Source: a virus | DNA: 64,000 nucleotides | Direction: 5' to 3' (one strand) | Virus record (IMG/VR): IMGVR_UViG_3300032240_002575 | Span: 1 to 64,000 of that record | Part shown: positions 49,044-56,850 of the stretch, piece after piece | Position numbering within the stretch: position 1 is the stretch's first letter | Layout: each line of letters starts with the position of its first letter | The notes under the pieces: model-generated | What the model was told of the DNA's origin: nothing | The model's database searches: none | What the model saw: the letters and a program-made list of their open reading frames with translations, nothing else | Program-made: the position numbers and the translations under genes

Positions 49044-49770
49044 AAAATTCGACCCCAAACCCAACATTCACTGTTAGTTTTTCTCCAGACGGGGCCATAA
49101 TAGTTTTATTCATATCCAATCTTGGTTCGTTTTCATTCATAAAGTTTCGGATGAATTTTGAATCGGAAATTGGCATTGATTCAATAAATTTTGCAATCGT
49201 TGCTTTATCTGTTGAACCATCAACTTCGACCATTTCCTTTTGCATTCTCCATGTAACCTTGGGAACAACCCTTCCTTGAGGGTAAGTTTCCGCCATTTTA
49301 CTAATTTCCATAATTTCACCGTATGTCAATGGTTTCAACTTTATAGTTGATTGACTTTTTGGTAAAGTAACCGTAAACGTACCATCTTCATTTGGTTGTT
49401 GTCCATTAATAATTGTAAGTTGGTCCAACATTACCGTTGTTTGAAATGTTTTTTTAGTTGCCGGGTCAGTCAAATTTAATGTAATATCAGGACCAAATCC
49501 TGTGTTTCTTAAAAATATCAAAATCGCTTCAACATCGCCCTCAATCAAATCTTCAACTCTGATATCTGGTTCATATATTTTAGCTCTCAACAAATTTAAT
49601 GTTAAATCGTTTGAACCGCCCATGATGATGTTTTCATCTGCGGCTGTTAAATAACCAACTTTTATTGATTTTTTTTTGTTTCTGTAAAAAATACCTTGTG
49701 ATGGTAAAGGAACCACATCGTGTGGTAGTGTGAAATTTTGTTGACCGTAGTCATTTGTTTGATTATCCAT
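49027..49770 (-). CDS. Tail assembly chaperone / T4 gp26-like baseplate hub assembly protein
   Basis: VPLPSQGIFY...YLTAADENI...DLIEGDVEAILIFLRNTGFG, second LPKS repeat, ends EFFRPFF. Lies between tube and TMP. Confidence 0.8.
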   Translation of the reverse strand: MDNQTNDYGQQNFTLPHDVVPLPSQGIFYRNKKKSIKVGYLTAADENIIMGGSNDLTLNLLRAKIYEPDIRVEDLIEGDVEAILIFLRNTGFGPDITLNLTDPATKKTFQTTVMLDQLTIINGQQPNEDGTFTVTLPKSQSTIKLKPLTYGEIMEISKMAETYPQGRVVPKVTWRMQKEMVEVDGSTDKATIAKFIESMPISDSKFIRNFMNENEPRLDMNKTIMAPSGEKLTVNVGFGVEFFRPFF

Positions 49771-49772
49771 AT

Positions 49773-49810
49773 AAAAAAATTAACCGTAAAGTTTATCGCT
49801 TTACGGTTAA
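49773..49810 (-). terminator. Intrinsic terminator after tail tube gene
   Basis: Perfect 12-bp inverted repeat TTAACCGTAAAG / CTTTACGGTTAA (49780-49810), followed by T7 on the minus strand. Confidence 0.8.
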
Positions 49811-49842
49811 ATATAATTAGAATTGGTTTTTTGTAAATACTA

Positions 49843-50331
49843 TTAGTATACTAAAACACATCTGTCCATTCTCAATGTTGCAGATATTGTAGCTAACCCG
49901 TCAGTATTATATGCTAACGAATCAAAGTTAACGTCAGTTAAAAATGTACCATATAAAATCCATTTTTCAACAACAACACCTGTTGGGTCCAACATTTCGA
50001 GGTCAATATCTTTTTTGTAACCCGCAGCATAACCCATACGACCTGTTACTGATTCAGCATGTAAACGAACCCACTCCATAAGAGCTTGAGCTGCAGAAGG
50101 ACCAATTGGGTCACGAAATTTAACTGGAATTGTTTGCCAAGTAAATCTACCCGCAACGTACGTAGACGTATTCAAAAACGGAATTTCTGTAGCAACAATT
50201 TGAATGTGTGGTCTAGCCGTTGATTCTACGAACCATTCGTTAATACCCAAACTTGATGGAAACCTTAAGATGAAACGATTCTGTCGTTTCGGTTCGTAAG
50301 GTATCGGCATTTTCATTAATAAATCAGCCAT
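49843..50331 (-). CDS. Tail tube protein (T4 gp19-like)
   Basis: EPKRQNRF, YVAGRFTWQTIPVKFRD, MEWVRL, YKKDIDLEMLDPTGVVVEKWILYGTF. Confidence 0.9.
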   Translation of the reverse strand: MADLLMKMPIPYEPKRQNRFILRFPSSLGINEWFVESTARPHIQIVATEIPFLNTSTYVAGRFTWQTIPVKFRDPIGPSAAQALMEWVRLHAESVTGRMGYAAGYKKDIDLEMLDPTGVVVEKWILYGTFLTDVNFDSLAYNTDGLATISATLRMDRCVLVY

Positions 50332-50427
50332 GTTATTTTAATTTTTTGTTTCTTTTTTGTTTATAACTATAAATATAGCACTATCAAAAAATTTTTCCCT
50401 TTACTTTTTTTTTTGAAAAATTATTCT

Positions 50428-51258
50428 TTATTTATACTCCTTCTTAATGCCTCCAGCAGTAGAATAAGTCTTAACTATATTATCTGGTTTGTTTTTGAAA
50501 TGTTTACTCATTACTTCTACATTCTTTATATCATCATCTGAAAATCCTATAACTGGTCGCTCTGGTATAAATTCATTGGATATTTTATTTTTTATATAAG
50601 CTTTTTTGTGTAGTATTCCGGCTAAACCCTTGATATAAGCAACAAAATCTTCCATTGCTCGAACTTTTGCTTCTTCAGGATTTGTTGCACCTTGTTCGTC
50701 ACCAAAAGACACGGGGTGGAATTTACAAAGTTCTAAATAAGACTTTATCAAATCATCATCACTCATATCCTCCTCATCGACAAACGTCCTATACTTTTTT
50801 AAGTTTTTCACTAGTTGTTCTTTGTCTATACCATTGAAACCACTAATGATGTAATTGTACACCGCTTGTTTTATAGTTTCAGGATTGTGTCCTCTAGCTG
50901 TGATTATTGAAAAAATGGAACCATTGTTGATAGCTTCTCTAAAATCACCAAAAGCAGGACCTTCTTTAGCTCTCATTGAGTCAATTAAAAAATCTTTATC
51001 TCCTTCAGTTCTAAAATTTCTGAAAGGGTTTTCAGCAAATTCTACAATAGTTTCCCCTTTGTATTCAAAAGGTTTTTTTCCAATCTCACTTCTATATTCG
51101 GCAAAGTCATCAGTACTCATACCAATCTCATCACCATTGTCATTTTTTAATATTATTTTTGTCGGCATATGAACAATATTATCATCCCAATCAAAGGCAT
51201 AATATTTCATATCTGGTGTTCCTTCACCCTTAAATCCTTCTTTAAGTTGTCTTTTCAT
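50428..51258 (-). CDS. HAD-superfamily phosphatase
   Basis: Motif I YAFDWDDNI, motif II IITARGH, motif IV GFSDDD. Start likely at ATG 51258 (MKRQLKEG). Confidence 0.75.
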   Translation of the reverse strand: MKRQLKEGFKGEGTPDMKYYAFDWDDNIVHMPTKIILKNDNGDEIGMSTDDFAEYRSEIGKKPFEYKGETIVEFAENPFRNFRTEGDKDFLIDSMRAKEGPAFGDFREAINNGSIFSIITARGHNPETIKQAVYNYIISGFNGIDKEQLVKNLKKYRTFVDEEDMSDDDLIKSYLELCKFHPVSFGDEQGATNPEEAKVRAMEDFVAYIKGLAGILHKKAYIKNKISNEFIPERPVIGFSDDDIKNVEVMSKHFKNKPDNIVKTYSTAGGIKKEYK

Positions 51259-51272
51259 ATTTGGCAATTAAA

Positions 51273-51292
51273 GGGGATACCAAAGTACCCCC
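51273..51292 (-). terminator. Hairpin/terminator after the sheath gene
   Basis: Minus-strand GGGGGUAC-UUUG-GUAUCCCC pairs fully with one G-U only on the minus-strand RNA; followed by UUUAAUU. Confidence 0.65.
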
Positions 51293-51302
51293 ATTAAATT
51301 TA

Positions 51303-54300
51303 TTAGATGTTTTCAAACGAAGCACCTGTTGGTGTGATAAAGAATTCAATATCGATGAACTCTAAAGCTTTTGTAGGTTTTAAGTATATTTTACCAACCA
51401 ATCTGTTAGCATCCAAATCTTCAGGTGTAGAAGATACTGTTACACGGAAATCGTAAAGACCTCTATCTCTTCTGATTGAATCCAAAATTGGATTAACACT
51501 ATCCAAGAATTGTTGTCTAACAATTTGGTCGTTTTGTTCGAACAATAATCTTACCGCAACTGCTGAAATCAATTTACGAGCTTGAAGTAATAATCTTCTT
51601 ACGTTCAATCTGTTAAGTGCTGTGTCAGCAACTTGTAAAGTTTTGTTACCCCAAATTACAGTTCCAACATCAGAGAACGTTGCGATAGGGTTAATTCTAC
51701 CTTGATATAATGTATCTCTGTCAGTTTGTGTTAGTTTTTGTCTAGCTTTGATAGAATTTACAAGACCTCTTGTGTAACCCGCTGACGCGAACCAAGGGAA
51801 TGAAATGTTATCAGTTAGAGCCAAGTTTCTACAAACTTCACCTGTTGGAGGTAAATAAATTTGTGTATTGTTAACTGTATCACGAACTAATATCCAAGGA
51901 TAATATGTAGCGGTATAGTTAGAGTCAATTCCTGTGTTATCCAAGTTATCAACAGCTTCTTGTGAGTAAATGATATCTTGAGGATTTGTTGAATCTGGTG
52001 TGTACATGTTGTAGTCAGGAGTTGTAGCGATATAAACCGAGTCAGCTCTTGAGTATTGTACCATGTCAATTGCCTCTTCAACAAGGTTTGAGTTATTTAC
52101 ATAATCAATTGCCGTTGTTGCAAAAACGTTGATGTTAGTTGATTCAGGATTTGCAAATGTTAAGATACCAAGTAAGTAAGCGTAGTAGTCGGTGTTTGCA
52201 AAATCTTGTGTATTATTTTGAACCACAATTCTTTTGAATAAACCATCACCTGTTGCCGTTGGGTATCTTGAGGATGCCGCAGCACCTGCTAAATAACCTG
52301 AAGCTCCTAATTGGAATCTATCTTCATTTGTTCTCCATTCTCTGTAGATATCCCATCCATCAAATCCACCCGCGAAACATACTGTATATTTTCTTGAGTA
52401 AATGAAGTAGTATGGATTTTCTTGAGTTGCAGGGTCTTCTCTGAATTCTGCAACACCACATTCGAATGCTGTTTGTCCACTTGACATAGCAGTATTTGCA
52501 ATTGTTACCACAGTTGCACCAGAGTCCATGTGGAAACCTTTACTTAATACGTTCCAAGGTTGACCCTCAACCAATGGATTTGAAATCCAACCTGGAGGGG
52601 TTTGTTTACCTTTGTAAGTTAAGAAAGATTCATCAATTCCAAATTGACTTGAAAAACCTAAATAACTTCTTCTTATGATGTCACCTGCAGATTCTACAGG
52701 AGCACCTCCAGCATTAGCACCAAATGGAGGATTATAAATTACCTCACCTGGGTAATAATATTTAGTTTTGAATTTTGGATATGGTGAAGGGTAAACATCA
52801 AAACTTTCATATTCTCTTTGAGTGTATCCGTAGAAACCACAAGGTAATGAATCGATAGGATAGTTTGGAGCCATCTCAATCATTATATATTTTGAAATTA
52901 ACGCAAACTCACCATTCGAAGAACCAATTTTTTTAGCGACAAAGTTATTTGAAGCCGGGTCCATTGTACAGTTTGTGAATTTTTCAATTACGACAGGATT
53001 TGCATCTGTATCATAAAAGTTTCTAACCAAAACATCAAATGACATACTGTTGAATGATAAGTTAGCTATTGAAACTTTAATTTCAGTGTTTGCTGAATCT
53101 CCGTCAGAAATTGATATAAATTTGAATAAGTTATATACTTTATTACCTCTCAATTCAGAAACCAAATAAGGAGTTTCAGGTGATTGGTATCTTTCCAAGT
53201 TATACGCTATTGAAGATGTGTTTTGACTTCTTGCGTCTGGTAAAGCAATTAAATCACATGCTAAACCACGAATATAACCTTGATTGTATGCGTAATCTAA
53301 AGAACCTTGATAAGCTTCTTCAACAAAGATAGGAGTTTGGAATCTTGACTTACCAAAATTGTCAACACCTAATACTTTTGTAATGTATTTTGCGGAAGAC
53401 GCTAACAAAGATGTTTCAAGAGAAAATACGTTGTTATCTTTAGTAACACCTGACAACAAGAAAGTTGCGTAAGGTGAATTAGTAATTCCTGAATATTGAC
53501 CTGTACAAATTAATTGAAGATTGTTAGGAACCCATGCATTACTATTATTGTAATCAATACCTACTTCATAAACAGGTCCATGATTTATACTTGAACTACT
53601 ATTAGAGTATTCTGAAATACCTCTCGAACGTAAAGTTCCAACAACCATGTTGTTAAATTCAGAATAAGCAGTTCCTGTAAATGTATAAGAATTACCAGTA
53701 ACTGTACCTGTAAATGAATTTGAAGCTCCTGAAGTCAAACTTGATACCGCATAGTAAAAAGAATAACCTGTATAATTACCTGTTAAAGAATCATAATTTT
53801 GGAACTCAAAGTTAGCATAAAACCAAGAGTCATTACTACCAGCAGTCAAATCGTTTTCAAAAAAGTTGTTTTCACAACCAAATGGATTTTTAATTGTTGA
53901 ATATTCACCAGTTACTGTAAAGTAATCCGTACTTGGTATTGCTCCGTAAATTACTGCAGTAGTTGCTGAAGTAGAAGGAGAGTCCAATATTCCACCTAAA
54001 TAATTGTTAAAGTCAGTTTGTAAAGTTGAAGTACTTCCGTCAAGTAATCTATACTGAACATTCAAATTTGCACTTACTTCAATTGGTAAAGCCCCACTAA
54101 CAAAAGTCACTGTGTTTCCAGTTGAGTTTCCTGTGAATGTTGCAGAGAATGGTGTTGCCGATGATGGGTCACCAATAGTTGTTGGGTCTACATTGGCAGT
54201 AACAGTAAGTGACCATGATGGACCTGCATCATAACCTGACAATCCCAAAACTCTTGTTACAAACAATTGATTTGATTGTTGTAAATATGATTTAGCAATA

Positions 54301-54545
54301 TATGCAGCTTCATATTTTGGTATTTGAGTGTTATAAAATTTTACGGGTTCGGTCCCACCAAAGTAAGCTTGGAACTCATCATAATTCGTTATGAATACTG
54401 GTTCGAATGCTGGACCCTTAATTGTTTCTCCAACAAGACCTAATGTCGTTACACCCACACTTTGGGCTACGAACGATAAGTCGGTTTCAGATGTGTAAAC
54501 GCCTGGTGATACGAATACTTTTTGATTTGCTTGTGCTGTTGCCAT
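51303..54545 (-). CDS. Tail sheath protein (T4 gp18-like), 1080 aa
   Basis: FVSPGVYTSETDLS, KGPAFEP, YYPWI, PWFASAGYTRG, RDTLYQGRINPI, WGNKTLQ...LNRLNVRRLL, YLKPTKALEFIDIEF. Confidence 0.95.
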   Translation of the reverse strand: MATAQANQKVFVSPGVYTSETDLSFVAQSVGVTTLGLVGETIKGPAFEPVFITNYDEFQAYFGGTEPVKFYNTQIPKYEAAYIAKSYLQQSNQLFVTRVLGLSGYDAGPSWSLTVTANVDPTTIGDPSSATPFSATFTGNSTGNTVTFVSGALPIEVSANLNVQYRLLDGSTSTLQTDFNNYLGGILDSPSTSATTAVIYGAIPSTDYFTVTGEYSTIKNPFGCENNFFENDLTAGSNDSWFYANFEFQNYDSLTGNYTGYSFYYAVSSLTSGASNSFTGTVTGNSYTFTGTAYSEFNNMVVGTLRSRGISEYSNSSSSINHGPVYEVGIDYNNSNAWVPNNLQLICTGQYSGITNSPYATFLLSGVTKDNNVFSLETSLLASSAKYITKVLGVDNFGKSRFQTPIFVEEAYQGSLDYAYNQGYIRGLACDLIALPDARSQNTSSIAYNLERYQSPETPYLVSELRGNKVYNLFKFISISDGDSANTEIKVSIANLSFNSMSFDVLVRNFYDTDANPVVIEKFTNCTMDPASNNFVAKKIGSSNGEFALISKYIMIEMAPNYPIDSLPCGFYGYTQREYESFDVYPSPYPKFKTKYYYPGEVIYNPPFGANAGGAPVESAGDIIRRSYLGFSSQFGIDESFLTYKGKQTPPGWISNPLVEGQPWNVLSKGFHMDSGATVVTIANTAMSSGQTAFECGVAEFREDPATQENPYYFIYSRKYTVCFAGGFDGWDIYREWRTNEDRFQLGASGYLAGAAASSRYPTATGDGLFKRIVVQNNTQDFANTDYYAYLLGILTFANPESTNINVFATTAIDYVNNSNLVEEAIDMVQYSRADSVYIATTPDYNMYTPDSTNPQDIIYSQEAVDNLDNTGIDSNYTATYYPWILVRDTVNNTQIYLPPTGEVCRNLALTDNISFPWFASAGYTRGLVNSIKARQKLTQTDRDTLYQGRINPIATFSDVGTVIWGNKTLQVADTALNRLNVRRLLLQARKLISAVAVRLLFEQNDQIVRQQFLDSVNPILDSIRRDRGLYDFRVTVSSTPEDLDANRLVGKIYLKPTKALEFIDIEFFITPTGASFENI

Positions 54546-54665
54546 TATTAAATTATTCTGTTACAGATTTATTTTATTGATAAATATTAGATATTATATG
54601 AAAAAACTTTACTTTTACATAAGTATTTATAAACGGTAGGAATATTTTCTGCCTTTTTTCATACC

Positions 54666-54827
54666 ATGAAAACCAAGAAAGAAATCAAAAACATAAAAAT
54701 ATCCCCCGAGTCCCACGAAATACTAAAAAAGTACTGTGATAAGAGGGGGATAAAAATTTATAAGTTTTTAGAAAACTTAATTATCGAAAAGTGTAAAGAA
54801 AAAAAAGATATATACGGAGAAGATTAA
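54666..54827 (+). CDS. Small ribbon-helix-helix DNA-binding protein (53 aa)
   Basis: Not in the ORF track. MKTKKEIKNIKISPESHEILKKYCDKRGIKIYKFLENLIIEKCKEKKDIYGED shows an alternating beta strand, helix-G-helix pattern. Stop overlaps the convergent gene's stop (TTAA). TATTTAT at 54624. Confidence 0.7.
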   Translation: MKTKKEIKNIKISPESHEILKKYCDKRGIKIYKFLENLIIEKCKEKKDIYGED

Positions 54828-55867
54828 ACTAACTTGTTATCGAAAGTTATTTTAGATTCTTTTGAGTTGTCTATTTTGGTCACTTCTATTCTTAATATAT
54901 CATTTGTGGTAATTTGAATTACATTAACATCACTACCATAATAATCATCATTAATATATACATCATAAGTTGATACGTTATCGGAACCAACAATTGACAT
55001 GTTAGCTGTAAAATCAATCATATCAACTAATGTGGTATTACCCGATACAAATAAAAAATTGGTTTCAAACTCATTTGGGTTTTCAGGGTATTTGTTTCTT
55101 CTTTGTTTTCTTGTTGATGTATCTAACTCAAATAATTGTGTAATCCTTTGAATTGCGGGTTTAACTTCAAATTCATCCTCATCTATCAAATAACCCAACA
55201 TTGTAAAGTCATAATTTTGAATATAATATTTTCTTGAATCAATAGTCAGTTGAGATTCATCAGATACATTATCTAATATAATTGGTACGTATTGACCTTT
55301 AATAAATGTATAAGCTTGTCTTGATGCAAAGGTTTGCATTACCGTCTTATTAAGTTGGTTCAATTCTCTCATTCTATTACAAATGATTTTCATACTATAT
55401 TTTAAATCGATTGGAACTGGTTGCGGAATTGTATAAATGTCCATACCTTGTTCATTACCATTCCAAGTTGGAACCGACGCATAGTAAAATTGTTTTCTGT
55501 TTGGGATATTATAAACTAAAGCAGGATTTGAACCGTACTTTACTTCAGGAATTCTAACCAAAGTAATAAATGGAGGTGATGGGTTAAAATCCAAATCTGT
55601 AAATAAAGCAGTTTCAGTATATTGTGCCCAATTTTGAGTTGTGATTATAATATCTAAAAAAGGAACCGTTTGTCCCGCGGTTACTACTTTCAACTCTTCT
55701 TTGCAAAAATTCAACATACCCTTATCCAAGTCAGCATGCAATACCGACTTTGGAAGGTAAGTTCCGTCATCTTTAATATATTCCAAAAGTTGTTCTCTTC
55801 TTGCAGATAACTCTTTCTTTGGAACTAAAGGTAATGTTGGTTTAACTATGTTTCTTGGTAACGGCAT
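54824..55867 (-). CDS. Tail terminator / sheath stabiliser (T4 gp15-like)
   Basis: PFITLVR, YTIPQPVPIDLKYSMKI...LNQL; position between the gp14-like gene and the sheath. Confidence 0.65.
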   Translation of the reverse strand: MPLPRNIVKPTLPLVPKKELSARREQLLEYIKDDGTYLPKSVLHADLDKGMLNFCKEELKVVTAGQTVPFLDIIITTQNWAQYTETALFTDLDFNPSPPFITLVRIPEVKYGSNPALVYNIPNRKQFYYASVPTWNGNEQGMDIYTIPQPVPIDLKYSMKIICNRMRELNQLNKTVMQTFASRQAYTFIKGQYVPIILDNVSDESQLTIDSRKYYIQNYDFTMLGYLIDEDEFEVKPAIQRITQLFELDTSTRKQRRNKYPENPNEFETNFLFVSGNTTLVDMIDFTANMSIVGSDNVSTYDVYINDDYYGSDVNVIQITTNDILRIEVTKIDNSKESKITFDNKLV

Positions 55868-55871
55868 TTTA

Positions 55872-56282
55872 TTATTTTACAACAAACAGTTTATCTTTTG
55901 AATTTATCATATCAATTTCCTGAGCTCGATATACAGGTTCTTCTGTATTTTTAAATACAAAAGTATCATATTTGTATGGGTTATAAGTTACAATCTTATC
56001 GGATGACGGGTTTGGTATTTCATCACATGGATATTCACAATAATCTAACAATTTACCTATCACAAAGGCATGAACATTTTTCCTTTGTTCATCCCTAACT
56101 TTTTCTTTCCCTACTTGTCTAACTCTAAACTCAACGTCACCAAGTTTAACATAATCAGCATACATAATAACCTTACTATCGTATGTAACTGAAAAAGTAT
56201 GTTTATGTAAATTGTAATATACCATTACTTTTTTACCTAAAAACAAATTATCAAATTGTGATTCTGTAATAACAACTTTCAT
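55872..56282 (-). CDS. Conserved phage hypothetical protein (YNLHK...RKNVHAF...TYNPYK) with MKVVITESQ leader
   Basis: 136-aa ORF coupled to gp14-like (TAATG). The motif set is recognisable as a phage family, function unknown. Confidence 0.7.
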   Translation of the reverse strand: MKVVITESQFDNLFLGKKVMVYYNLHKHTFSVTYDSKVIMYADYVKLGDVEFRVRQVGKEKVRDEQRKNVHAFVIGKLLDYCEYPCDEIPNPSSDKIVTYNPYKYDTFVFKNTEEPVYRAQEIDMINSKDKLFVVK

Positions 56283-56794
56283 TATAATCCTCTAAATTCA
56301 TTTTCACTTACGTATGTTGCTGTTATAGTTCTATAAAAAGGTTTATAACCACCATAAGTATGTTTATTATCCGACTTAACAAGCCCGTCATCAATTACTG
56401 TGTAATATCTAACTCGGTCTTCACTTTCATAATATCCAAAATAGTCACCCATATAAATGTTAACACCTAAATCATCAAGTGTTTTTTGATAAATAGAAAA
56501 TTTCATATTACCAGGTTCACCTTGTAATACTTTTGAACTACCAAGTAATTTGTTTGTTGGAGCCATAACTTGGACATAACCTTTAAGTTCAATCGGTGCC
56601 ATAAACTGAATGCCGTCCTCTAAAACTTCACCATAGACATCATCAGTTTTTGTCCTATATCTATCAACACGATATAATATTACGGTAAAGTTCATATCAC
56701 CTAACAACCACTCCTCACCCATACTAATATCCAAGGCATAATCTTCGGCTCCGAAGAATTTACCTAATCTTGTAATTGGAACTAATTTTTGCAT
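56282..56794 (-). CDS. Head completion / neck protein (T4 gp14-like)
   Basis: VILYRVD...TDDVYGE, GDYF, RYYTV; synteny with gp13- and gp15-like genes. Confidence 0.65.
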   Translation of the reverse strand: MQKLVPITRLGKFFGAEDYALDISMGEEWLLGDMNFTVILYRVDRYRTKTDDVYGEVLEDGIQFMAPIELKGYVQVMAPTNKLLGSSKVLQGEPGNMKFSIYQKTLDDLGVNIYMGDYFGYYESEDRVRYYTVIDDGLVKSDNKHTYGGYKPFYRTITATYVSENEFRGL

Positions 56795-56797
56795 ATA

Positions 56798-56829
56798 TTG
56801 ATAAATACTTTATTTTCACTTATATTTAT
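56798..56829. promoter_or_regulatory. Divergent promoter region
   Basis: Minus-strand TATTTAT (56801-56807) serves gp14-like. Plus-strand TTGATA-N17-TATATT (56798-56826) and TATTTAT (56823-56829) serve the SNF2 gene. Confidence 0.55.
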
Positions 56830-56850
56830 TCAAACGTTTATTAAAAAAGA

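Noticed and set aside
50400-50427. Plus-strand TTTACT-N16-TATTCT possible antisense promoter into the HAD gene
   Set aside because: It lies in a poly-T tract of a very AT-rich spacer and cannot be distinguished from chance without TSS data.
23934-55867. Bacterial extracellular contractile injection system (eCIS/tailocin)
   Set aside because: Neck proteins, PolB, helicase, SSB, UvsX and RNR are interspersed, as expected for a replicating phage.
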